Shown piece after piece: positions 1 through 10,848 of a stretch of 64,000 nt of DNA (positions within the stretch are counted from its first letter, which is position 1; every line of letters starts with the position of its first letter). The DNA lies in contig OZ024745.1 in the NCBI GenBank assembly GCA_964016885.1, positions 50,654,001 through 50,718,000 on the forward strand, read 5' to 3'. This DNA is from Eledone cirrhosa (lineage: Eukaryota). The position numbers were made by a program, and so were the translations under genes. The notes under the pieces were generated by a model. The model was not told where the DNA came from. It ran no database searches and worked only from the letters and a program-made list of their open reading frames with translations.

Positions 1-63
1 CACCTGAGGGCTGCCTGTCCTCAATTAACGAGTAAAAAAAAAGGCTCTTCTGCCAACCCCGAA

Positions 64-192
64 CACAACAACACAATCACCACCACCACCACCACCACCA
101 CCACCACCACCACCACCACCACCACCACCACCACCACCACCACCACCACAACCACAACAACAACAACAACAACAACAACAACCACAACAACA
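64..192. repeat. (ACC)n/(AAC)n trinucleotide microsatellite
   Basis: Directly visible. Confidence 0.95.
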
Positions 193-570
193 CGGAAAAA
201 TAACAACGCAAAACACTGTTCCACCCAACCCCTCCCCACCTAAAACAAATACAAAAGCAACCACAACAAAACCCCAAAATATACCCTTCCCCAACAACAC
301 GGAAGAGGACTCCGTATCAACGTCACCCAGTGACGACGAGGGAGAACCCTTTCAACAGGTGAAAAGGAAAAAAAAAGGCACCACATTAACAAAAATGCTA
401 CAAACACACAACCACCAGCACAAACAGAACAAACATCACAAACAAAAAAACCCACCCCTCTCCAAAACATAATACATACTACAAAACGCAAACACGCACA
501 AGAACAACAAACAAAAACAAACACAACACAACAAAAACTCTATACATACATTAACAAGAACAATAAAAGG

Positions 571-918
571 TTGATGAAAGCAATAGAAAATAACTCTTCG
601 GTGGAAACCGAAGGGATCACTTTCACCTACGCAGCGAACAAACCGCACCTAATGATGATTAGGGTCCCAACGGAAACCTATGTAACTTTGAAAAAGAACC
701 ATCCAATGCATGTTGGGACCAACTGCACCAAACCACATAACAGCGTCCTATTGAGATGTTTCCCCACCCCCACACCAGACACCCACACCCTACCAAACAC
801 CCTAATCCCACCACACACTGATGTCCTCACCCCACCACAAACCACCACCCCACCAAACAACCCTTCCAACACCCTCATGGAAATTGTGCAGCCTGGTCCC
901 CAGGAGACGAAGAGGTAA
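571..918 (+). pseudogene. Probable degraded 3' part of LINE ORF1
   Basis: Positional evidence only: it ends 42 nt before ORF2 in the same frame. The sequence is G-poor and no motif is recognisable. Confidence 0.35.
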
Positions 919-960
919 GTAATTTCCTTTCCTCTTCCTTTATAACTCTTCAGCACTAAC

Positions 961-3900
961 ATGGCCAATATAAGAGTTGGATGTGTGAATGCACGCGGCT
1001 TAGGGATGTCCTGGAAACAGGGCAAACTCTTAAATGACCTCAGGTCGCACAGAGTGGATGTGATGGTTATTTACGAGTCCAGGATCAGCAGCGAGCGCCA
1101 ACTGGCCCCCATCTTCGACGACTTTGAGATCTACGCATCTCTCTGTCAGCCGAGGGGTGGGGGTGGGGTTGTCGTTCTGCTGCGAAAATACCTGGGTCTT
1201 GCCACACAGAAGGTACACCTGGACCCAGAGGGTCGACTGGTGGTTTTAGACGTCGGCAGTGGTGAAGGTGGAGCTTTCAGGCTGGTAGCAGCGTATGCCA
1301 CATCTGGGACACCGCGACCGGACTTCTTCCGACGCCTGGAGAATTTCCTGGGAACGTCTCGCTCCTTGCTTTTAGTGGGGGACTGGAATGGTATCCTGGA
1401 TGCACGTTGGGACTATGTAGGGGCATGTCCCGATAGAGGGGGGTGTAACAGCCTCAAACGATTAATCGGCCGATTTGATCTGGCCGATAGATATCGACTA
1501 GATTTTCCGACTGTGCCACGGTGGACGTGGAGTAATCGCAGCGGAACATCTAGGTCGTACCTAGATAGGTTCCTAGTTAGAAATAAGGATAGGGACATAT
1601 TAAGGTGTCCACGAATGTTCATGGTTGACTATTCGGATCACAAGTTGGTGACTGGAGTGGTCAACCTTGATAGAACTCATAGACAGGGACCCGGTTACTG
1701 GAAGCTAAACTTGTCTTTACCGACAAACAAAGCTTACAGTAAGTGGATTAGCACACTAGTTAAGCAGCGTTTGACGGGGGCAATTGTCAACAGCAGGTGG
1801 TGGGGCTCTCTCAAGAGAGAAATTAGAATAGAATCGATAGGTTTTAGTCGGGAATTAGCATCAGATAGGAATAGAACTGAAAGGGAATTAACAAATAGAG
1901 TAGAAGAGGCGATTAGGAGTGGCAGCGTGGCCGGCGTGCTGGCGTCAAGAACGGCCCTAGACCAGTTCTTTGATGCGAAGCACGAGGGCTGCGTTGTCAG
2001 GAGTAAAATACGTGCTCTGGGTAACGAGGGAGCCAAAGCTGTTAGCTGGGCCCGAGTGACAGAGGCAAAAAGTGGAAACAAGTCCACGATTCGGTCTTTG
2101 AAGGACCAGGATGGACGCGTGATCCTTGAACCTGAGCGGATGTGCGCGGCCTTTCAACGGCGCTTTGCACGACTGTTCGGGAGGGGCGGCAGGTCGGGTT
2201 GGGCAATGGATTTCGGTCCATACCTCGACGGTCTGGCGCGGCTCTCGGACGGGGAGGCGAAGTCCTGCGAGAGGCCGATTTCAGCCGCTGAAATAGGGGA
2301 AGCGCTGAGCCAATGCGGCAAACGCAAATCTCCGGGTCTCGATGGTCTACCATACGAACTTTATGTAGCGAAGCCGGGCTTGTTCTCCGGTCTCCTCGAG
2401 GCGGTCTACTGCAACTGGCAACAGAACGGGAGAATTCCCAGTTCTGTGACCAAGGGCGTAGTCACACTGGTGAGGAAGGACGAGAACAAAGAGGATGACA
2501 TAGATAACTTCAGGCCCATAATTCTGCTAAACACAGAGTTAAAGATTTTGGCCAAGGTGTTAGCGAAGAGGTTGGCGCTTGTCGTCGGGAACCTGGTGGG
2601 AGAAGCGCTGACATAGACAATCCCGTCCAGGTCCATACACGACAACCTCCACCTCATGCGATACATCGTAGAGAGGGTAGGGAACGAACCCGGCTTTGGT
2701 GGGACCCTGATCAACTTGGATCAATTTAAGGCGTTCGATAAGGTTGACCATCGGTACCTGGATGCGGTGCTCGCGGCAGCAGATTTCGGACCCGTTTTCA
2801 GGGGCTGGATTGCTGCAATGCACAGCAGCAACACCTGCTCGAGGGTCAAGGTGAACGGCTACCTCTCGGAGCCGTTCCAAATCACGCGATCCATCCGACA
2901 GAGATGCCCTCTCTCCTCCCTCCTGTATGTGCTGGCTCTCGAACCACTACTGCGGAAGATGGAGCAGTTGCAGGGCATCCCCTTGGAACCGGGATTGCGG
3001 AAAGCGGTGTCGGCCTACGCCGCTGACGTGACAGTAATGGTGTCGTGCGCCTCGGAAATCGGGCAGATCGGCACCTTACTGGAGGAATATGAAAGGTTCA
3101 CAGGAGCCAAGCTGAATCGGGACAAGTCCGTCGGTTTGCAACTCGGGGCGTGGAGGGGCAAAACGATGCCCTTGGACGCTGGACGGAGGAACCGGTGAAG
3201 CTGCTCGGGGTCTGGTTCGGACCGGACCTCCAGGTGGAGAAAAACTGGGACGAGGTAACGGGCAAGGTGTTTGCACTCGCCCAGAAGTGGGCCGAGTGCA
3301 AACAATCCCTGAAAGGTCGAGCGGAGGTGGCGAACGCTTATATAGCGTCCGTCATCTACTACCGCTTGACCGTCGTGCCTTGCCGAGAGAAAACACTCGC
3401 CAAAATGGAGCACGCGCTCTTCCGATTTCTTTGGAAGAAGCAGGCTCCTTTGGTGAGAAGATCCATCTGCTGTCAACACCCTTCGAACGGAGGGCTGGGG
3501 ATGCCGTGGCTGACGATGCGTAGACACGCATTAAGGCTACGGCACCTCCAGGTATTCCTCACCGGTCAGCCGGTGTGGGCCCTGTTTGTGAGGCGAACCT
3601 TTCCGAGACTCGTCTCACTCACCGAGCTGCAATCCTGGGTCAAGCAAAGACCGAGAAAAGTGGGCGACTGGCACATTGAATGTGCCCAGGCGCTCACGGC
3701 CCTCTGGCAAGCGGATCCGGCAATCAGTGGAGACTCAATCTCAACATTCTATAGAGGGTTGGTGCGCAGTAAGTGCGACGACGCTCTCGGAGAGGCTCTG
3801 GGCATGGAGGAAGACGAGCTGGCCAGTCTGTTCGGTAGGACGTTTGGCCCGGGACCGATGGACAACTTCCAAAAGTCCCTGGCTTGGCAATGTTACCGAG

Positions 3901-4386
3901 GAGCTCTACCCGTTCGGCACAAGCTCTACAGACACGGGCGCCCGGGTAGGGACCCCTCGAAGAAGATCTGTCCAAGATGCGTGCGTGACGAGGAAACCGT
4001 CGCACACGCATTCGTACACTGCCCGGGCGTTGCTGACCTGTGGTGGCTATGTAGAACGACTACTGTCGCGGGTGGGACCAATTCGGTTGACCACCGAGAA
4101 CATTGTCACAATCAAACCGCCTCCCCCTTTCAAAAACGAAGGAGAGGCGGTTTTCCTCTGTGTGATAGCCATGGCGAAAGAAGTTGTATGGTGGACAAGG
4201 TTGAAAGGGCTGAGGTCAGACACCTATCTCTCCGGCCAACAACTGGTCTTTTTTTTCAAGTACCACTTTAGAAGAAGGATCAGAATGGAGAGAGAGGTGC
4301 TCTACCCCAGCAAGTTTTATGAAAGATGGGTGAAAGTAGCGAGAATGGCCCGAGTGAATGGGCCTTCTCTCTATATCAGCCTGTAG
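961..4386 (+). pseudogene. L1/Tx1 ORF2 (APE endonuclease + reverse transcriptase + C-terminal Zn knuckle), disrupted
   Basis: APE motifs (VNARGL, GDWN, YLDRFL, SDH). RT motifs (PGLDGLP, FRPIILLN, KAFDKVDH, QRCPLS, YAADV in place of YADD). CPRC..H..C knuckle. In-frame TAG at 2614-2616 and frameshifts near 3170-3198 and about 4045. Confidence 0.93.
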
Positions 4387-4799
4387 GTGAGAGAGGAGAA
4401 GAATGAGAAGAGGAAGGAAGCACCCGCTCTTTGTGCTCCTGAAGAGGAGGGTTGCACATTTTTTCGGGGGTGTGTGCGACCCATGTCAACGCCCCTCCCT
4501 ATTGAGGACATCGATTGTTAAATTTAATTTGTTATATGTTTTTTACACGTCTTTTTAAATGTATGTAAACTGCCCCCTTTGTATTTGTCCCAATCTTTGA
4601 TGCCCTGGTGGCAAATAAATAGAAATATATATTTACTACACATAACACTTTTTCAATACCCGCCTCTCTATCAATTAGTACTAAACTCTCCCCCTCTCTA
4701 TATCTACTACACGGAACTCTCTCTCAATCCCGATCTCTATAGCAATTACCACCAAACTCTCCCCCTCTCTATTTCTATATCTATCTCTCCCATCTGTCT

Positions 4800-4918
4800 C
4801 TACATAACATGTACATAAATTGTAGTGCATATACAAAGTGATGTGTGTGGGTAGTTTAGGGAGAAAAATATAATTATTGCAGGGGAGGAGGCATGGCACC
4901 ATGTCCCCCCACCATCCC
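4800..4918 (-). mobile_element. Partial copy of the hAT-like MITE family also at 51269 and 61767
   Basis: The reverse complement matches ATAATTATATTTTTCTCCC.AAACTACC..CACAC.TC..TTTG.ATATGC.CTACAATTTAT.TACATGTTATG at 61804-61880. Confidence 0.7.
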
Positions 4919-4935
4919 ATATATATATATATATA

Positions 4936-5375
4936 TATTGTTTTACTTTGGGAGGGTCATGTTGTCAATAAGAAACACATGCACCAGTTGTTTCACTCCA
5001 ATTTATTATAAATTAAAAAATAAAAATTTTTTTTTTTTTTAATAAATTTCCGGTTGGTTGGTTGGTTCTACAACCGGACGGTTGTTCATATATTGTCAAA
5101 GTTCTTTCGTCACACATTTTGTGACCTCTTCGTTTTTTTTCAAAAACAAGATGGCGTAGGACAGAACAAAGGAGAGGCACAAAACAAAGAAAAGAATCCC
5201 CAGTCACCGAAGATGTCACAGAATGTGTGACGTCCGGTTGTAGAACCAACCAACTAACCGGAAATTTATTAAAAAAAAAATATTTTAAATTTTTTAATTT
5301 ATAATAAATTGGAGTGAAAGCAACTGGGGCGTGTGTTTCTTATTGGCAACATGACCCTCCCAAAGTATAACAATA
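4936..5375. repeat. Fold-back element: about 145-bp inverted arms around a 150-bp spacer, next to (TA)n; hammerhead remnants at the spacer edges
   Basis: ATTGTTTTACTTTGGGAGGGTCATGTTG...CAACCGGACG (to about 5080) pairs with CGTCCGGTTG...CAACATGACCCTCCCAAAGTATAACAAT. Confidence 0.9.
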
Positions 5376-5428
5376 TCGGTTTCAACACACGTTTTCAGAT
5401 AAAGAATCTTGCTAAACAAATTCAGAAA

Positions 5429-5468
<40 letters not shown>

Positions 5469-5470
<2 letters not shown>

Positions 5471-6003
5471 ATTAAGTTAAAGATGTACATCCATATATGT
5501 ATACTGAAATATTAGTATGTATATGAATACACACACGTATACATATGTAGATGTACCAAGTTTTTTCACTGGTCACTTTACTGTGAGTGGCCAGCTATTC
5601 TGTATGTAAACACACAGACAAACCGGTTTTTAGAGTCATACTGGTTTTTGAGGAAACACCTTTCCTCTATTCTACAGAAAGCCAGACAAGGAATATTGAA
5701 CTAGTTTCGTTGTTGTTACAACTCATCAGCAATATTTACCTATCTTCCGGCCTCTCTAGAGAATCGTAAAAGCACATATCGTTATATGCTTTTTCTATGA
5801 AAATTAGTAGTGGGCAGACCAATTTGCATAGAGTGTGAGTAAGTACCGGTTCAACGGAGACGATAAAAACAAATAACGAAACGAAATTAAATTTCGTTTC
5901 GTTTGTAAAAACTTGGTACATCTACATATGTATACGTGTGTGTATTCATATACATACTAATATTTCAGTATACATATATGGATGTACATCTTTAACTTAA
6001 TTG
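5469..6003. repeat. Fold-back element: about 97-bp near-perfect inverted arms, hammerhead in the spacer
   Basis: CAATTAAGTTAAAGATGTACATCC...GTACCAAGTTTTT pairs with AAAAACTTGGTAC...GGATGTACATCTTTAACTTAATTG. A second interleaved IR pairs 5866-5908 with 6031-6072. Confidence 0.92.
5692..5736 (-). ncRNA. Minimal type I hammerhead ribozyme
   Basis: Reverse complement reads AAUAUUG CUGAUGA GUUGU AACA ACAAC GAAAC UA GUU CAAUAUU: perfect 7-bp stem I, 5-bp stem II, palindromic ACUAGU stem III, GUU site. Confidence 0.85.
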
Positions 6004-6129
6004 TTTAAGCGTCAGTCATACAAAAGTGAGTTACAAACGAAACGAAATTTAATTTCGTTTCGTTATTTGTTTATATATATATCGTTATATACCAAAATGA
6101 AAATCCGAAGGCAAGGTAAAATTTCCAAT

Positions 6130-6216
6130 CATTTTAATCACGACACATGTTTCAATAAGAGATAAATCGATCGTGAAGCCATGATCAATTATCACTGATC
6201 TCATCAGGTGAAAATG
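6130..6216 (-). ncRNA. Type I hammerhead ribozyme (extended stem II)
   Basis: Reverse complement reads CAUUUUCAC CUGAUGA GAU...AUU GAAAC AUGU GUC GUGAUUAAAAUG. Confidence 0.75.
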
Positions 6217-6480
6217 AATTGTCTTCAAATTCTTGATATGAGGGAGAATATTAGCAATGTTCACCCACAGAGTTTATTCCCTCATATGAAGATCAAGCAG
6301 TCAAAATGCGGCGACTGCTATCAACTTCAGTTAAGGTCATAAAACTATCAAGTTTCTATATCCCAATAGCTGCAAAAGACGCTGGACATCAATCAAATCT
6401 GTAGAAATACAGTCGGTCACAGTTAATGTGAGTGGGTATCACACACTCAACACCCACACACACCGGCTTGAGGTCAAAGA

Positions 6481-6511
<31 letters not shown>

Positions 6512-7197
6512 CACACACCTCAACACAGTATCAAATCTGTAGAACTATAGACGGTCACAATTAGTGTGAGTGGGTACACACACACTCTCACACACACTGA
6601 AGCGATGTCAAAGAAAAAATAATAAATATAAGAATATACCAACATAGCATTCACCGAAAGTTAGTTTACAAAACTACAAATGCTACATTGGTCAAATCTC
6701 TATTTGACGATATAAATTGGAAATATTGGGTCAACCACAGCCCCATACACACACACATACACACACACATACACACACAAGTAAGTTCAGTTCAGTGTTC
6801 TGCTATACGATAGATGTGTATATACCTAGACATACACTTTTTTGGACGATACGGATGTGTATATACCATAACATACACTATTTGGAGATACGGATGTTAC
6901 AATTCAATCTATACACGTATAGCAGAACACTGAACTGAACTTACTTGCTTGTGTGTGTATATGTGTGTGTATGGGGCTGTGGTTGACCCAATATTTCCGA
7001 TTTACATCGTCAAATAGAGATTTGACCAATGTAGCATTTGTAGTTTTGTAAACTAACTTTCGGTGAATGCTATGTTGGTATATTCTTATATTTATTATTT
7101 TTTCTTTGACATCGCTTCAGTGTGTGTGAGAGTGTGTGTGTACCCACTCACACTAATTGTGACCGTCTATAGTTCTACAGATTTGATACTGTGTTGA

Positions 7198-7230
<33 letters not shown>

Positions 7231-7492
7231 TCTTTGACCTCAAGCCGGTGTGTGTGGGTGTTGAGTGTGTGATACCCACTCACATTAACTGTGACCGACT
7301 GTATTTCTACAGATTTGATTGATGTCCAGCGTCTTTTGCAGCTATTGGGATATAGAAACTTGATAGTTTTATGACCTTAACTGAAGTTGATAGCAGTCGC
7401 CGCATTTTGACTGCTTGATCTTCATGAGGGAATAAACTCTGTGGGTGAACATTGCTAATATTCTCCCTCATATCAAGAATTTGAAGACAATT

Positions 7493-7547
7493 CATTTTCA
7501 CCTGATGAGATTTATCTATTATTGAAACATGTGTCGTGATTAAAATG
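7493..7547 (+). ncRNA. Type I hammerhead ribozyme (mirror copy, 32-nt deletion in stem II)
   Basis: CAUUUUCAC CUGAUGA GAUUUAUCUAUUAUU GAAAC AUGU GUC GUGAUUAAAAUG. Predicted cleavage after C7535. Confidence 0.75.
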
Positions 7548-7689
7548 ATTGGAAATTTTACCTTGCCTTCGGATTTTCATTTTGATATTAATATTCCTTT
7601 TTACATCATCTAGCTGTTCTCTTGAATGGAATTGGAGATATACTAAAGGGTGGAGAGCTGCAGAGTGGGTATAGAGATATGTAAAATCC

Positions 7690-7922
7690 CAACCGCGGTG
7701 CCATGCGGTTCAACTTATGTGTTCAGCAAGCCTTTTCAAAAGGTTTGCTGACGCCCAAGCCGAAACTGCTTGGCGCTTCGGTCGGGAATTTTACATCTCT
7801 CTCTCATCATCCTGTTCAGTTGGAGATGGTTGCTCCTGACAGGACCCGCTGGAAGGAGTGTTTGAGGACTCTGCTCCCAGGACCCTCTCAGGAATACGTG
7901 GGCGAAGAAGAAGAAGAAGAAG
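7690..7922 (+). mobile_element. RTE-clade LINE 3' fragment with (GAA)n tail
   Basis: Translates to EMVAPDRTRWKECLRTL, resembling the RTE C-terminal A.DR..W motif, followed by GAAGAAGAAGAAGAAGA. Confidence 0.6.
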
Positions 7923-7981
7923 ACAAACACTACATATATTAGAAAAAACGAAGAAGTTTGTTTACATGTATATATTTATTG

Positions 7982-8086
<105 letters not shown>

Positions 8087-8163
8087 AACAAATAAAGTGT
8101 GGTAAAGAACCAGGTGGACCATAAGGCACCAGAGTTCTCGATACTAAGGTAGTAGAGTGGGTA

Positions 8164-8278
8164 ATAGGAAAAGAGTCAGGACCTTGACGGCTGAGCACCG
8201 GTCGTTTAGACAGCTAGATCCGATCTAGCTGTTGAAACGGCCGGAGCTCAGCCATCGGGGTCCTGACTCTTTTCCTAT
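8164..8278. repeat. 115-bp imperfect palindrome next to (TA)n; arms resemble the 3' half of a hammerhead
   Basis: ATAGGAAAAGAGTCAGGACC...CAGCTAGATC C GATCTAGCTG TTGAAACGGCCGG...GGTCCTGACTCTTTTCCTAT. A related arm lies at 51878-51928. Confidence 0.85.
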
Positions 8279-8279
8279 A

Positions 8280-8310
<31 letters not shown>

Positions 8311-8459
8311 TAAAGTTGAGACAGTAAACAGAAAACAAAAAAACGTGGAAGCGAAGAGGCAGTACAAATGTATTAGTTTCACGCTTGAGGGTGAGGGGGG
8401 GGGGGTTATATATGTACAAATAAAATACAGAGTTACTAACTCATATATATGTATGTATG

Positions 8460-8541
<82 letters not shown>

Positions 8542-8653
8542 GTGTATGTGGTTCACTGAATTATTGGTGGTGGAACCAAAATGAGTATTCTGAGCACGGG
8601 CAGAGTATTATGAAAAACGATGAAGTTTCATCTACATTGTGTATCCACCTGCT

Positions 8654-8711
<58 letters not shown>

Positions 8712-9943
8712 GGTGTGTGTAGGGCAGAACACTGGTGGGTTATATCCGCATTAGTAGAGTACTCAGTCCATGGGACGAGTTTGGTAGAAGTAGTTATATA
8801 TATATATGTGTGTGTGTGTTGTGTGTGTGTTTGTGCGCGTGTGCATTAAGTGAGAATTGAAGATACCTATATCCTAATATGAATATAATAGTGAAATGTT
8901 AGCGTGTATTCGGTTTATGAATTAACATTAAGTTCTTTAATTTCGATTATTCAGATTTATGGTAATTTTCATTGTTTCATTTTAAATTTATTATTACTTA
9001 CAAGAAAAATACACAGTTTTAAGTAGTGTTTTAATATATACAAAGTAGTTATTATAAACGACGTGCGGTGATAGACACTGCAGCGAATATGAGGCTTGCG
9101 TTTATCGTTCAGATGACCTAAATCTCTACTGAATGGCAATTTTATACGCTAGAGGACGTCTACTTGTATGAACTAAAAACATGTAGAGAGACAGGCTGGG
9201 AAAACTAACGGGTGGTCGGTCGAGAATGATGGTGTGGAGGAGGGCTAATATGTATTCTGATGCTGAAAAGCTTATAATTCTTGTTTAGCACCCAGAACTT
9301 CAACATATATTTTTGTTTTATTTTTTAAAGACTTTTTTTCTTCTGAGTGGCATAAGGAATTTTATAATGATTTGTGTATATTTGTTGCTGTTTTTTTTTT
9401 CTGTTGATCGTTTGAGACAGTTGTTGACTTTGGTCACCTTCCAAAATTTAAACTAAACAACAATTCAACAACGACGGAAGTGGTGGTTGACACAGTTAAC
9501 AAGTGGGGAAAGAAAAACAATTGTAATCTTCTTGGTAGAGCCAAATTCCACTTCAAGAGACTGTGTCGGCAACAGTTAATATAAATTTGTATAATATTGA
9601 TAAATTCATTTTTTTTTAATTGCTTAATCGGATGGAAAAGCAGTGTTCATGACTTGTTTCTAAGCCCCGAAACTGCTGGAAGGTAGAGAGGAAGGTATCT
9701 TTAAACCGGGGGTGGTCTAATGTTTGAAGTGGAGTGGATTCCACTAAAGGCACCCAATGACCAGGTGATGGCGTCAAACAGGGTGACTGATTACGTCTTC
9801 CACACAAGTAGGTCACAACGGAATTTGAACTGAGAACACAAAGTACTGGGACATCCCAGCCGGCGCTCCACAATTCCACCAACCTAGACTAGCATTTTAA
9901 ACCTAGAAATTATGAAAGGTAACCGGCTGCACTATTTACAATT

Positions 9944-10131
9944 GGGGCGGTGAATTGGCAGTATCGGTAGAGGGTCGGACGCCATGCTTTCCAGCAGAGT
10001 TACGTCCCTTTACGGTCTGAGTTCAAATCCCATCGAGGTTAACTTTGCCTTTCATCCTTACAGGGTCGATAAAATAAAGTACCAGTAATACACTGGGGTA
10101 ATTGCTGGCCTTGTGCCAAAAGTAGAAACAA
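9944..10131 (+). mobile_element. tRNA-derived MetaSINE, full length, 13-bp TSD
   Basis: A box TGGCAGTATCGGTAG, B box GAGTTCAAATCC, Meta-like core GCCTTTCATCCTTAC.GGGTCGATAAAATAAAGTACCAG. TSD ACTATTTACAATT at 9931 and 10131. Confidence 0.88.
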
Positions 10132-10396
10132 CTATTTACAATTCGGGGAAAAAGGACCTTTTCAATGAAAAGGTACCTCTCACTCCCATTCAATCCCTTC
10201 AGATAAACACGTGTCTTTAGCTTGGCGTGTCTTAAATTTAATACAAGAAAAAATAACTAATTTCTTTCACAGTCTGTAAAAGGTTTTTCATTTATTTCAA
10301 CTATGAATATAGACATTGTTTTAAATTATATCTGCTATCACATTATATTAGATTTTCATTACATTTGCTTTTCAGTGTTTCTAACATTTATTATTG

Positions 10397-10848
10397 AAAT
10401 CCCGCCGAGGTTAACTTTGCCTTTCATCCTTATGGGGTCGATAAAATAAAGTACCAGTAATACACTGGGATAATTGCTGGCCTTGTGCCAAAAGTAGAAA
10501 CAATTATTGAATTATTATTACTATCTGAGTTCAAATCCCGCCAAGGTTAACTTTGCCTTTCATCCTTACGGGGTCGATAAAATAAAGTACCAGTAATGCA
10601 CTGGGTAATTGCTGGCCTTGTGCCTAACGTAGAAACAATTATTACTATAGTGAATGGGAGTATCGGTAGAGGGTCGGACGTCATGCTTTGACGTATAGAG
10701 TTATGGCCCTTGCCATTCTGAGTTCAAATCCCGCCGAGGTTAACTTTGCCTTTCATCCTTACGGGGTCGATAAAATAAAGTACCAGTAATACACTGGGTA
10801 ATTGCTGGCCTTGTGCCAAAAGTAGAAACAATTATTACTATAGTGAAT
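10397..10848 (+). mobile_element. Three tandem 5'-truncated MetaSINE copies
   Basis: The same core occurs three times. TTACTATAGTGAATG is duplicated at about 10642 and 10834. Confidence 0.88.

Larger units (their letters stand above)
571..4626 (+). mobile_element. Tx1/L1-clade non-LTR retrotransposon, near full length, disabled
   Basis: Putative ORF1 end (TAA 916-918), 42-nt spacer, ORF2 961-4386, then a 3' UTR ending GGCAAATAAATAGAAAT near 4626. The 5' boundary is unclear because bases 1-900 are low complexity. Confidence 0.9.
6093..7584. repeat. Large fold-back element: about 700-bp inverted arms, about 105-bp spacer, a hammerhead near each outer end
   Basis: 6093-6809 is the reverse complement of 6916-7584 with few substitutions or indels. 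Each arm has an internal direct repeat (6391-6490 vs 6530-6620). Confidence 0.95.

Noticed and set aside
1-900. Strong G depletion suggesting hypermutation or a novel low-complexity gene
   Set aside because: Could equally be poor consensus quality or degraded LINE ORF1; cannot be resolved without reads.
9944-10035. tRNA genes
   Set aside because: The A/B boxes belong to SINE heads; no complete cloverleaf was seen.
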